Source: the human T2T-CHM13v2.0 reference genome, Homo sapiens. Taken from it: DNA of 64,000 nt. The DNA is taken from the NCBI RefSeq assembly GCF_009914755.1, contig NC_060938.1; one strand, given 5' to 3'. Positions within the stretch are counted from its first letter, which is position 1, and the number at the start of each line of letters is the position of its first letter. Positions 28,839 through 43,642 of this stretch are shown here, piece after piece. The position numbers and the translations under genes were made by a program. The notes beneath the pieces were generated by a model. It did not search any database. It worked only from the letters and a program-made list of their open reading frames with translations, and was not told the DNA's origin.

Positions 28839-31223
28839 CAGGCATACCTCATTTTACTGTACTTTGCTTTAATGTGCTTCATAGACATTACATTTTTTAA
28901 AAATTGAAGGTTCGTGGCAACACTGTGTTGAATAAGTCTATCAGTGTCGTTTTTCCACCAGCATGTGCTCACTTCATGTCTCTGTCACATTTTGGTAATT
29001 CTCATAATAGTTCAAACTTTTTCATTATTATTATATCTGTTACGGTGACCTGTGATCAGTGATCTTTGATATTACTATTGTAATTGTTTTGGAGTGCCAC
29101 GAACCACACCTATATAAGATGGGCAACTTAATCGATAAATATGTGTGTTCTGACGGCTCTGGCAACCAGCTGTTCCATCTCTCTCCCTCTCCTCAGGCCT
29201 CCCTGTTTCCTAAGACACAACAATATTGAAATTAGGCCAATTAATAACCCTAAAATGCCCTCTAAGTGTTCAAGGGAAAGGAACAAACGTACATCTCCGA
29301 CTTTAAATCAAAAGCTAGAAATGACTAAGCTTAGTGAGGAAGCTATGCTGAAAGCCGAGACAGACCAAAAGCTAGGCCTTTTATACCACTTAGTCAAGTT
29401 GTGAATGCAAAGGAAAAATTATTGAAGGAAATTAAACATGCTACTCCAGTGAATATACAAATAAGAAAGTGAAACAGCCTTATTGCTGATGTGGAGAGAG
29501 TTTTATTTGTCTGGAGAGAAAATCAAATCAGCCACAACATTCCCTTAAGCCAAAACCTAATCCAGAGCAAGGTCCTAACTCTCTTCAATTCTATGAAGCC
29601 TGAGAGAAGTGAAGAAGCTGAAGAAGAAAAACTAAAAGCTAGTAGAGGCTGGTTCACGAGGTTTAAGGAAAGAAACAGTCTCCAAAACATAAAAGTGCAA
29701 GGTGAAGCAGCAAGTGCTAATGTAGAAGTTGCAGCAAGTTATCCAGAAGATCTAGTTAAGAAGGTGGCTACATTCAACAACAGATTTTCAATGTAGACAA
29801 AAGAGCCTTCTGTTGGAAGAAGATGCCATGTAGGACTTTCACAGTTATGGAGGAGAAGTCAATGCCTGACTTCAAGGCTTCAAAGGACTAGGCTAACTCT
29901 CTTGTTAGGGGCTAATGCAATCAGTCACTCTGAGTTGAAGCCAACACTCACTTACCGTTTTGAAAATCCTAGGGCCCTTAAGTATTATACTAAATTAACT
30001 ATGCCTGTGCTCTATAAAGGGAACAACAAAGCCTGGATAACAGCATATCTGTTTACAGCATGGTTTACTAAATATTTTAAGTCTACTATTGAGATCTACT
30101 GCTCAAAAAAAAAAAGATTCCTTTCAAAACATTATTTCTCATTGACAATGCACTTCGTCACCCAAGAGCCCTGACAGAGATGTATACAGAGATGAATGTT
30201 ATTTTCATGTCTGCAAACACATCCATTCTGCATCCCATGGATCAGGGAGTAATTTCAACTTTCAAGTGTTATTACTTAAAAACTAAATTTTGTAAGGCTA
30301 TCACTGCCATAGATAGTGATTCCTCTGATGGACCTGGGCAAAAGCAATTGAAAACTTTTTAGAAAGGATTCAGGATTTTAGATGCCATTAAGAAAATTCA
30401 TGATGCATGAAAGGTCAAAAAAAGGACATTAGCAGGAATCTGGAAGAAGTTTATTCTAATCCTCATGGCTGACTTTGAGGGATTCAAAATTTCGGCAGAG
30501 GAAGTAATTGCAGATGTGGTGGAAACAGCAAGAGAACTAGAATTAGAAGTGGATCCTGAAGATGCAATTGAATGGCTGCCATCTCATGATACAATATGAA
30601 CAGATAAGGAGTTGATTCTCACACATGAGCAAAGAAAGTAGTTTCTGGAGATGGAATCTACTCCTGGTGAAGATGCTGTGAACGTTGTTGAAATGAATTC
30701 AGAGGATTCAGAATATTACATAAACTTAGCTGAAAAGCAACAGCAGGGTTTGAGAGGATGGAATCCAATTTTGAAAGAAGTTCTACTGTGGATAAAATGC
30801 TATCAAACAGCATCACATACTACAGGGAACTTTTTTGTGAAAGGAAGAGTCAATAGATGTGGCCAACTTCACTGTTGTCTTATTTTAAGAAATTGCCACA
30901 GCCACTTCAACCTTCACTAACCACCACCCTGATCATTCAGCAACCATCAACATCAAGGCAAAACCTTCCAACAGCAAAAAAATTACAACTTGCTGAAGAC
31001 TCAGATGATCATTAACATTTTTTAGAAATAAAGTATTTTAAATTAAAGTATGTAAATTACTTTTTTTAGACATAATGCTATTGCACACTTAATGGACTAC
31101 AGTATAAAGATAACTTTTGTATGCACTGGGAAACCAAAAAACTCATGTGACCTGCTTTATTGCAATGTTCATTTTAGTGTGGCAGTCTGGAACTGAACCT
31201 ACAGTATCTCCGAAGTATGCCTA
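28839..31223 (+). mobile_element. Tigger1 DNA transposon, near full length (~2.39 kb), transposase disrupted
   Basis: TA|caggcatacctc ... gaagtatgccta|TA ends; ORF pieces with [10 protein letters not shown] (CENP-B-type HTH) and [12 protein letters not shown] (DDE region). Confidence 0.95.
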
Positions 31224-31869
31224 TACTGTGCCCAAACTGTTACTCTTGTTGTAATAGCTTATGTCTGTCTGTACAGCCAGAACTGTCTTTCTGGGGGTCT
31301 CACAACTACTGAGCTATCTTTTTCTTTTAGAGTCTCAAGTCATAGAATCACACCAATTATATATTACACACAAAATGTTTAATGAGCTTACAAATTATGC
31401 AAGTGTGATGCTTCATTTCACACTTTCCGTATTTTGCCAAATAGGAGTCTCCCAAACAAATTTATATATAATAATAAAATTGTAAAATGAAAGATTCCAT
31501 ACAAGTTTTAATATGGGAACATTTTTCCTAACTTTTCCTAAGTTAAATTAGCTTTATTTGAAAATCAAAAAGTAAAATTGTTTAATTCAGAAAGTATTCA
31601 TCTATGAGTGTCAAGGTTATAATGAGTTAAGGTTTATTTCTAGCTAGACTTTCAATGATACATATTTTCATAAAGTAAGATCCCAATATATATATACATA
31701 TATACATATACACATACATACATATATACACATTCATACACATATACACATACACACACAACCCAATTTTGATCATTGTCTTTTTCATTTATTAAAAATG
31801 TTTTTCCAGCTCCTTAAAAACTCTTCCTAAACATTAGTTTTCATAGTTACCTAGTTTTCTATCACATGG

Positions 31870-32318
31870 TGTTATGGGATGAATTACACCCCCCTAAAAA
31901 AGATATGTTGAAGTCCTGAGCCCCAGCATCTCAGAATGTGAACTCATTTGGAAACAGGGTCACTGTAGATGTGATCAGTGAAGTTAAGAAAAGGTAATAC
32001 TGACATAGGGTGGACCCCTAATGACTGGTATCCTTTTAAGAAGATGGCCATGTGAATACACAGAACACAGGTATAATGCCATGTGAAGACAGAAGCAGAG
32101 ACTGGAGTGATCTACAAGCCAGGGAATGTCAAGGATTGCTGGCCATCACAGTAGCTGGAAGAGAGGCATAGAACAGATTCTCCCTCAGAGAAGGAATCAA
32201 CACTGCTGACATTTTAATTTTGGACTTTCTCCAAAGCTGCAAGAGAGAAAATTCTGTTGCTGTAAGTCACCCAGTTTGTGGTACAGTACTGTTATGGTAG
32301 CCCTAGGAAACTAATACA
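31870..32318 (+). mobile_element. MLT1B/C MaLR solo LTR
   Basis: tgttatgggatgaatt...ggaaactaataca; 5-bp flanks catgg/catag. Confidence 0.88.
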
Positions 32319-33167
32319 CATAGGTACACCATTAGGTTTTTCAACCATTCCTCTGTATGACACATTTGAAGTTTTTTCAATTTTTCTTCAAACAAAACTT
32401 CCAAGAGTATTTTATATATTTTTGTTTGTATTTTAGATTATTTCCACAGAAATAATTTCCAGTTTCAAAGTAGAATTACTGTTTAAAAGTATAAATATTT
32501 TAAGGTTTTGACATGTAGTGTCAAGATAATTTCTAAGAAGTTGTATGTTCTAGAATACCTGTAAAAGTTTTCCTAATTCTAAGAAGAAAGCAAAGAAAGA
32601 AAGAGGAAGAAAGAAACAGAAAGCAATACACGCAATTTAAATTTGTATTTCTATGATTAATAGTGAGAAGAAACTTTTTATATGTTTATTAGTCATTTGA
32701 ATGATATTATTTTAAAATGATGTCTTTTAGAAGATATCTTTTCATTTGCATAGAAAAACAATAATCTTTTAACCTATAAAAAGTGACAGAAATGAAGATG
32801 TATTTAAATTAATGTAAAATCTAGGATCTACAAAACCAAACTCAGGATCATAAGTCTTTCTGTTATACTAATTGGAAATATTTAAAAGAAATTCATTGCA
32901 ATCATGAATTTATTTTTCAAAGCCAAAGTGGGTTGGGGGAAAGAGAAGCCAAGATTTATTTCCTTTCACACAAGAAAAGTAAACAGGTTTCTTAGATATT
33001 GTTAATCTTCTATATATTTTAGTGAATAAGATATTCTTTTTAAATGCATCTTAATACTAGACAATGAAATATCAAATATTTTTCAGACTCAAAGTTGCCT
33101 TGAAAAAGCAATAATACATAGTTGTAGTTTCCCTAAGATAAAAGACTTTCTTATTCTGACTTGTTTA

Positions 33168-33353
<186 letters not shown>

Positions 33354-33744
33354 CTAAAAAAATTAAAAATACAGTTTGAATTTTACAAAGGATCCAACAA
33401 TACAAACATTTGATGTATTTCTTGAGGTACTGACTTTAGATAAAAACTGCAAAAAATAAACTTGTCTACTGAGACCTCATGTTGCATCCACATTAAGCAA
33501 ATTTTGACATATAATATTCTAGATGTTATGTCAATTTCCCTCTTGAGCTTAAAAACACACATACTTCCATCATACTACAGATTTTTTTCTTAGATGCCTT
33601 ATTAAATACTATTTTCTGTAAAAATATTAAAGAATTCCAAATGTCAAAGGTGGCATTGGCCCATTCCCCAGAAAAGGGCAATAGTCAGTGTTTACAATGT
33701 CTAAATATTCAATTTTGTAATAAAAGCTGGTATTAACTATACTA

Positions 33745-33897
<153 letters not shown>

Positions 33898-34440
33898 CTA
33901 ACCCAATTAAGCTTTGACACAATCCAATTTTAAGAGCACAATTTTAAAATGCTACAATTATTTTTTAAAGTTCACAATCTAAGAAGACAAAAATCACACT
34001 TTAATATATTTATTGAAGCACTAGAGGGAAGATATATACTATAAAAAGGTCTCATGGTTTTAAAAACTTAACCTAATTGCAGTGAGGGATTTAAATTAAA
34101 ACTAAGAGAAATCTTTCCAAATAACATTTATATGGCCTTAATACTGTATTCTTCTGGAGGCTCCTTCACTAGTACACTTTAATACAAACAAAAGATATTC
34201 AACTGCTTCATCACTTTTTAAAAAGCCACACTTGTACCTGAACACTGAGAAATGGACCATGTGATCTAAGTATCCATATGCTGATAACACTACCAACATA
34301 GTTTTATTTAGACTTAATTTATTATATCAACATAGTAGATACAATCATCTAGAGTTTTTCACCTTATATACACTTTCAAGTTACTACTGAGTAGAAATAA
34401 TTATCTTAAGAGTATAAAAGTAGGATACTTTATTCCTTAC

Positions 34441-34516
34441 CCAGGCTTCTGTTACTCCCCTGAGAATTTTTCCTTGAAGAAGAACTACTGGGTACACTGG
34501 ACAATGAATCATGTCT
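34441..34516 (-). CDS. TC2N: TC2N coding exon 5 (RHDSLSSVPSSSSSRKNSQGSNRSL)
   Basis: Acceptor tttatAG, donor GTAAGG, 76 nt. Confidence 0.96.
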
Positions 34517-34867
34517 CTATAAATAAAATTATTCTTTAGTCAGAAATTGCATATGAAACCTTAAGGATTCTGATACATATGCCTCAATATCCATCCTAGT
34601 AACAAACTGCATGCTAACTATTTTGACAGTGTTACAGGTCAGAATTTCCCACTTACAGGTAGTGGAAAAAAAAAAAAAAAGCTTTTGGCATTTGTTAGGA
34701 ATATCTTAAATATCTTACAAGATGATATACTGGAAAGCCTTTGCTGTTTTGGTTTGGTTTTGTAATAAGGAGAAAGATATTACTGCTTAAGTTTCATACC
34801 TGAGAGTATTAACGAAAATGAGAATTTATTTAGAAATAGCCTGCTATGGAAAAACTTGTAAAGCAGC

Positions 34868-35046
34868 AATTATCAAAGCATAGTCAATCTGGACCTGCAG
34901 AAACAGTATCATTTGGAACTTGGTAGCAATACAAACTCAGGCCCTACTGCAGAGCTACTGAATTAAGAACTCTGAGGATGAAGCCTGTCATCCTGTGTTT
35001 TAACAAGCTCTCCAAACAATTCTGATGTGTGTTAAACAACTGCTGC
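34868..35046. mobile_element. MER5A-like hAT MITE
   Basis: agctactgaattaagaactctgagg...tgtgttttaacaagctctcca...attctgatg; a second fragment lies at about 26700-26800. Confidence 0.75.
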
Positions 35047-35702
35047 TATAAAAAAATTAAATCTATAAAAAGTTAACTCACTTGAGGATTAAGGATTATC
35101 TAGAATATATTTCCATTTTAAAAAATATATGTACATATATTCACATGGAAACAAGACCATGAGTACACATAACAATATTTTCACATTGCACTTACTCTGA
35201 GTTATAGGAAATATGGGAATTTGTCTTTCTACTTTGCTTACTTCTATTTCCTAATTTTAAATAATTACAGTTTACTTGTAATAAAAAAGAAACATTTTTT
35301 AAAACATCAAAATAATTCTCAATTCCTTTTCAAAACCAGGAGGATGCAGTGTTAACATCAGTGAATAAAGTCCTACATCTCAAAAGAAATATAATTTTTA
35401 AAACTAGCTGGTTATATTCAGTAAGAAAAGCTAAATTAATAAGCACTTTTAATTACACCATTTTAAATACCAACTGTTTCAAGGTTCCCTGAGAGCATAC
35501 CAACTGAGATATAAAATTTATTGAAAAAAGAAAAACTACTGCCTTTTAGCAATCAAATAACAGCTTTCTAAAATAATATACATGGGAAATATCAATTATT
35601 TATTCTTCAGATATCAGAACAGATACATCTACAAAAAATATACAGCATATTCCTAATGTAATTCATACATTTCTGAATTTTTAATTTGAAAGGAAATTAT
35701 CA

Positions 35703-35855
<153 letters not shown>

Positions 35856-36386
35856 TTAAGAAACACTGGAATTCTACTTAATTACCATGAACTAAATCTC
35901 TGTAGCAATACATCATGAATATTTTGTGCAAATCTACAGAAGAGATAAAGCCTTCTAATAAAAATTTTTTAAACTTAAAAAAATTTTTTTCAGTTATTTT
36001 ATTTTTGTTTGAAACAGAAATCAACACAAATCAAACAACACATTTTCACATCCACATCAATTATCAAACAGGGAAAATTACTTTTTTCTTTACATTCCCC
36101 ATTCCTTGATCCAATAAATATAATCTAAGAGTAAACACTCTGTATTAAGTGTAGTGCAACTATTTATTATTAATAAGCATGTATTACTTTTAAAAATCAA
36201 TACTCAATCCCATGTGCTCCTATATTTCTAGTCTGTATTTTTAGTTTCCCTCCTACACTGTAAGATCTGTGAAGAAAGGAACTTTGTATGCCAATTGTAT
36301 ATTCTAGCACAGTAGTGAACGTAAGGCAGGCCCTTAAATAAGCATTTCTTCTTTATTTTCAGTACCTCACCCTAAATTCACTGGTT

Positions 36387-36549
36387 GAGAGAGATATATA
36401 TATATACACACACACATATGTATACATATATACATATATATACACACACATATGTATACATATATACATATATATACACACACATATGTATACATATATA
36501 CATATATACACATACATATATATGTGTGTGTGTATATATATATATATAT
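36387..36549. repeat. Compound (TA)/(CA) microsatellite with higher-order ~32-nt unit
   Basis: acacacatatgtatacatatatacatatatat repeated; similar tracts at 1625-1780, 2100-2215, 2548-2640, 31685-31760 and 38820-38895. Confidence 0.92.
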
Positions 36550-36824
36550 CCTGAAAAACTGAGAATTTTGTGAATCACAGACGAACATGATAGACTATAA
36601 TTCACACAGTCTCAAATATGAAACTACAAAAGCTCTATAATCACTTAAGCAGTTTGTTTATATTTCCCATCACACCATGAGTTTCTAAATTCATCATTTT
36701 CACTGAATACAGAAAAAAATGAAAAAAATATTACTGTATTTAGTACAACATATCTATGTACAAATAGCTGTTGAAGAGTTTATGAATATACAGGTGACAA
36801 GTGAAATGCATACAAAATAATCTG

Positions 36825-37149
36825 GGCTGGTGTAGTGGCTCATGCCTGTAATCCCAGCAATTTGGGAGGCCAAGGCAGGAGGATTGCTTCAGCCCAGGAT
36901 TTTGAGCCTAACCTGGGCAACATGGCAAAACCCCATCTCTACAAAAAAATTCAAAAAAATTAGTCAGGTGTGGTGGCACACTTCTGTAGCCCCAGCTTCT
37001 GCGGTGGGGCAGGGGTGATGGGGAGCTGAGGTGTGAGAATCACTTGAGCCTGGGAGGTTGATGCTGCAGTGAGCTGAGATTGCACCACTGCACTCCGGCC
37101 TGGGCAACAAAGTGAGACTCTGTCTCAAAACAACAACAACAGCAAAAAG
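36825..37149 (+). mobile_element. AluJ with G-rich insertion and (CAA)n tail
   Basis: TSD acaaaataatctg at 36812-36824 and 37150-37162. Confidence 0.93.
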
Positions 37150-37209
37150 ACAAAATAATCTGAAAACAAAACTTCTTTCTTCTTTATGTTTTTTCCCTTG
37201 TACTTGGTA

Positions 37210-37452
37210 TGTAGCTAACTTCTTTCTCTTTTGTTATATGTATTTATCATGAACAACATAATGCTTTAAAGTATATATACATTGCAGAATGATTAAATCT
37301 AGCTAATTTACAAATGTATTACCTCACAGTTATCACTTTTGAATGATAACAAAAAGTGTTTTGAGAACACCTAATATCCACTCTCTTAGCACTTTTCAAG
37401 AATATATCATAATTAACTATAGTCTCCATGTTGTATAAAAGATCTCTTGAAC
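37210..37452 (-). mobile_element. L1MA 3' end fragment
   Basis: aaatctagctaatt...attacctcacagttatc...aactatagtctccatgttgta...gatctcttgaa. Confidence 0.8.
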
Positions 37453-37664
37453 CAAAGCTTCTTTCAAAAAAGGGAAATTAAATGGAATTTAGAACTACCA
37501 ACAGATATAACTCATTAATCTTTCAATTCTTATATTAGATATAATACTACAGAGATGTCATAACGTTTATCACATTTATGAAGCTTGTTTTCTTATTTTT
37601 AAAATGCTTTTAATAGTAAAAATCATTTATTCCCATATTTTACATTTGATTTCTAAATTTCTTA

Positions 37665-37889
<225 letters not shown>

Positions 37890-38804
37890 CTAAAAGTTTA
37901 TAACATCCTTTTCTTGGAGTTATTAGCCAACAGCTGGTACACCCAGGGTAAAAGAAAAAATATTTTGTCTCAAGTAATACTAAATCACATGTCTTTGATA
38001 GCTAAAAAGATCAGCACATATTTAGGGAGTTCTGTGTGAAGTATTATGCCAAGGATCAGCCATTAAGCCTGCATTTAAGACAGTCTGGTATATTTCTGGC
38101 ATTTTTCTTTGCCCCATAGACAATTCTGTATTGTGTGATCTGAGTTTCCTCTTATTTTTCTACTTATATATAGAACATCTTTTAAATTACAAGATTGGGG
38201 GGGGAGATACATCCTTTTCAAGAAGACGTAGAACATTTATTAAAATTGACCACATGCTGAGATACACCGAGAAACTCTCAAATTTGGAAGGACTGAAATC
38301 ATACAAAGTACGTTTTCTTACTACAATGCAATTAAGTTGGAAATCAAATAGCAAAAATAAAAATAAAAACTATTTATATGGAAACACTAAAGACCAAGAA
38401 TAACCAAAAACTTAATCTTTAAGAAGAAAAACAAGACTGAAAGATTCGCTCTACTGGGAATTAGGAATATAATATTGGTAAGTGATAGAAAAAGAGATCA
38501 ATAGCAAAGAAAAGAAGGCCTAGAAATAGACACCCGTTTCATGAACACTTACTTTATAATTAAGGTGGCACTGCACAAGAAAGAATGATCTTTTCACTAA
38601 AAGGTGATAAGACAACTGGATATCAACAGGGAAAAAATAAGCCTGCATTCAACTAAAGATATTCACAAAAAAATTAGTTCCATGGGGATTGTAGATCTAA
38701 ATGAAATATTACAGACAAACCAATAAAGCTTCTATATTCAGGTTAACTGATAAGAAAGTTTTCATGACCTTAGGACAGGGAAGCATTTCTTAAATGGAAC
38801 ATAA

Positions 38805-39209
<405 letters not shown>

Positions 39210-39342
39210 TAATCATAGACATATTTTAATAAACTAAACTACATTAAAATTTAAAATTCCCATTTGTCAAAGACTATTTAAGGTAACCCACAGAGTGAAA
39301 GAAGATATGTGCAACAAGTATAACTGACAAAGGGCTCATATG

Positions 39343-39424
39343 CATCCAAGTACTAACCAGGCCCGACCCTGCTTAGCTTCTGAGATCAGATGAGATCAGG
39401 AGCATTCAGGGTGGTATGGCCATA
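39343..39424 (-). pseudogene. 5S rRNA fragment pseudogene (nt ~4-85), tailless
   Basis: Minus strand TATGGCCATACCACCCTGAATGCTCCTGATCTCATCTGATCTCAGAAGCTAAGCAGGGTCGGGCCTGGTTAGTACTTGGATG, 76/82 to recalled 5S; TSD aaagggctcatat(g/c)ca. Confidence 0.95.
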
Positions 39425-40840
39425 AAGGGCTCATATCCAGAATACATGAGGAACACCTACAAATCATAAGAAATCAATAAGAAAAAGACAGACGAGACTA
39501 TACATAAATTGGCTTAAGACATTGATAGGCACTTCAGAAGACAATCAATCTCATTAGTCATGAGGAAAAAATAAGTTGAAAACCCAAGGAAATACCACTA
39601 CACACTCACCAGAATGGTTAAAAGCAAAAAGACGGACAATAGTACGTGTTGGCAAGAAAGTAGAGGAATGTAAACGATCATACTCTGCTAGTGGAAATGT
39701 AAATTGATATAATCACTATGGAAAAAGAGTTTGGCAATTTCTACTAAAGCCGAAGATATTTATATTCTATGACCCAACAAGCCATTCTGAACATATACAC
39801 AACTGAAGTGCTTGTACATGTGCACCAAGAGATAGGTATAAGAATGTTCGTAAGTATTATTACCCATAATAGCCAAAAAATTGGAAAACTCAAAATTCCA
39901 TCAACAGTAAAATAGATATAGTATATACTTACTACATACAAATTCCTTATAATATGCTACACAGAAACACTACTGTACACTATGCCATTTAGAATACAGA
40001 ACGAATTATAATATACACTTACTGTACAGATACAAAAACAAACTAAAACTACTGACAATTACTTGAATTAATCTAAAAAACATAATGTTGAATGAGAAAA
40101 CCATAAACAAAAGAATACAGACTGAATAAATTATTTATATTAAGTTCAGAAAACAGAAAAAATTAAACTACAATATTCAGGGATATGAGCTTAGGTGGTA
40201 AGAAGAAAGGCAAGAGAGTCATGATTGTAACAATGGTGACACTGAACACTCTAGGGTGACTGAAAGGCAAAAAAATGGAGAGAAGCTATGGGGTTACTAG
40301 TACTACTCTATGTCTTTACCTAGGCTGTACCTACATGGGTATTCTGCTTTGTAATAAATCACTGAGCTGTATGTTTCTGTTTTGTGCATTTTTCTACGTG
40401 TATAATATTTCATAATTTAAAAAAGAAAATATAGGTCAAATTCCTTTCAAGGTTAATAATCATGTTGGGAATAATATGTAGACATAAAGCTAAATTCTTC
40501 AAAGGTTTAAATTATTGTAATTCTCTGTATAACAACATTGTGGTCAACTATGGACCACATATACGACAGTGGTTCCATAAGATTATAATGAAGCCAAAAA
40601 GTTCCTATGGTCTAGTGACATGGCAATGATTGTCATCAAGATACGTAGGCCTAGGCTAATGTGGATGTTTGTGTCTAAGTTTTTAACAAAAAAGTTTAAG
40701 AAGTAAAAAAAAAAGTTTTTAATAGAAAAAAGCTTATAGAGTAAGGATATAAATATTTTTGTATAGCTGCACACTGTGTTTATATTTAAGCCAAGTATTA
40801 TTACAAAAAAGTCAAAAGTTTTAAAATATTTAAAAGTTTA

Positions 40841-41156
<316 letters not shown>

Positions 41157-41355
41157 CTAAGGGTGATTTATTGTTGAAGAAACAAAAATATATTTAATAA
41201 ATTTAGTATATCCTAAGGGTACAGCATTTATAAAATCCACAGTAGTATACAGTAATGTCCTAGTTTTCACATTCACTCACTACTCACTCACTGACTCACC
41301 CAAAACAACTTACAGCCCTGCAAGCTCCATTCATGATAAATGCCCTATACAGGTG

Positions 41356-43642
41356 TGATATGGCTTGGCTGTGTCCCCATCCAAATCTCATCTTTAATTG
41401 TAGCTCCTATAATTCTCATGTGTTGTGGGAGAGACCTGGTGGGAGATAACTGAATCATGGGGACAGTTTCCCCCAGACTGTACTTGTGGTAGTGAATAAG
41501 TCTCAAGAGATCTGATGGTTTTTTTAAAGGGGTTTCCCCTTTTGCTTGGCTCTCATTCTCTCTTGCCTGCTACCATGTAAGATGTGTCTTTCTCCTTCCA
41601 CCATGATTGTAAGGCCTCCCCAGCCACGTGGAACTGTGAGTCCATTAAACCTCTTTTTCTTTATAAATTACCTAAACTCAGGTATGTCTTCATCAGCAGC
41701 ATGAAAATGGACTAATATAGTAAACTGGTACCAGGAGTGGGGTGCTGCTGTAAAGATACCCAAAAATGTGGAAGCAACTTTGGAACTGAGTAACAGGCAG
41801 AGGTTGGAACAGTTTGGAGGGCTCAGAAGAAGACAGGAAGATGTGGGAAAGTTAGGAACTGCCTAGAGACTTGTTGAGTGGCTTTGACCAAAATGCTGAT
41901 AATGACATAGACAATGAAATCCAGGCCAAGGTGGTCTCAGGTAGAGATGAGGAACTTGTTGGGAACTGCAGTAAAAGTGGCTCTTGCTATGTTTTAGCAA
42001 AGACACTGGTGTCATTTTGCCCCTGCTGTAGAGATTTCCGAAACTTTGAACTTGAGGGAGATGATTTAGGGTATCTGGTGGAAGAAATTTCTAAGCAGCA
42101 AAGCATTCAAGAGGTGACCTGGCTGCTGTTAAAAGCATTCAGTTTTAAAAGAGAGCATAAAAGTTCGAAAAATTTGCAGACTGTCAATGCAATAGAAAAA
42201 AAAAACACATTTTCTGAGGAGAAATTCAAGCCACCTGCAGAAATTTGCATAGGTGACAAGGAGCCAAATGTTAATCATCAAGACAATGGGAAAATGTCTT
42301 CAGGCTATGTCAGAGACCTTTGCAGCAAGCCCTCCCATCACAGGCCCAGAGGTCCAGGAGGAAAAAGTGGTTTCATGGGCCAGGCCCAGGGCCCCCCTGT
42401 TGTGTGCAGCCTAGGGACTTGGTGCCCTGCATCCCAGTTGCTCTAGCAATGGCTAAAGGGGCCAAGGTACAGCTTGGGCCATGGCTTCAGAGGGTGGAAG
42501 CCCCAAGTCTTGGCAGCTTCCACATGGTTGAGCCTGCAGGTGCATAGAAGTCACAAGAATTGAGGTTTGGGAACCTCCTCCTAGATTTCAGAGGATGTAA
42601 GGAAATGCCTGGATGTCCAGGCAAACGTTTGCTGCAGAGGTGGGGCCCTCATGGAGAACCTCTGCTAGGGCAGTATGGAAGGGAAATGTGGAGTTGAAGC
42701 CCCCACAGAGTCTCCACTGGGGCACTGCCTAGTAGAGCTGTGAGAAGAAGGCCACCATCCTCCAGACCCCAGAATGGTAGATCCACCAACAGTTTGCATT
42801 GTGCACCTGGAAAAGCCACAGATACTCAACACCAGCCCGTGAAAGCAGCTAGGAGGGAAGCTGTACCTTGCAAAGCCACAGGGGTGGAGCTGCCCAAGAC
42901 CATGGTAACCCACCTCTTGCATTAGCATGACCTGGATGCGAGACATGGAGTCAAAGGTTATCATTCTGGAGCTTTAAGATTTGACTGCCCTGCTGGATTG
43001 TGGACTTGCATGGGGCCCTTAGCCCCTTCATTTCAGCCAATTTATCCCATTTGGAATGGGTGTATTTATCCAATGTCTATACTCCTATTGTATCTAGGAA
43101 GTAATTAACTTTTGATTTTGCAGGCTCATAGGCGGAAGGGACTTGCTTTGTCTCAGATGAGACTTTGAATTGTGGACTTTTGAGTTCATGCTGAAATGAG
43201 TTAAGACTTTGGGGGACTGTTGGGAAGGCATAATTGGTTTTGAAATGTGAGGATGTGAGACTTGGGAGGGGCCAGGGGCAGAATGGTATGGTTTGGCTGT
43301 GTCCCCACCCAAATCTCATCTTGAATTGTAGCTCCCCTAATTCCCACATGTTGTGGGAGACACCTGGTAGGAGATAATTGAATCATAGGGGCAGTTTCTC
43401 CCATACTGTTCTTGTGATAGTGAATAAGTCTCAGATCTGATGGTTTTATAAGGGGTTTCCCCTTTTGCTTGGCTCTCATTGTCTCTTACCTGCTGCCATG
43501 TAAGACATGCCTTTCACCTTCTGCCATGATTGTCAGGCCTTCCCAGCCACATGGAACTGTGATTCCATTAAACCTCTTTTTCATCATAAATTACCCAGTC
43601 TCAGGTATGTATTCATCAGCAGCGTGAGAACAGACTAATACA
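41356..43642 (+). mobile_element. Complete THE1 (C/D-like) MaLR: LTR 41356-41719, internal region, LTR 43284-43642
   Basis: Two similar LTRs, THE1-int sequence (ORF 41871..42446 remnant), perfect 5-bp TSD aggtg at 41351-41355 and 43643-43647. Confidence 0.96.

Noticed and set aside
29141-30920. Cluster of transposase-like ORFs as a possible TIGD-like gene
   Set aside because: Broken by stops and frameshifts inside an ordinary Tigger1.
36367-36605. Tyr/Ile/Val/Cys-rich ORFs (also 2187..2663, and the Pro/Gly-rich ORFs at 26473..26945)
   Set aside because: Translations of microsatellites and Alu.
41871-42446. 191-aa ORF, the longest in the track
   Set aside because: THE1 internal-region remnant starting at TTG; no evidence of a host gene.
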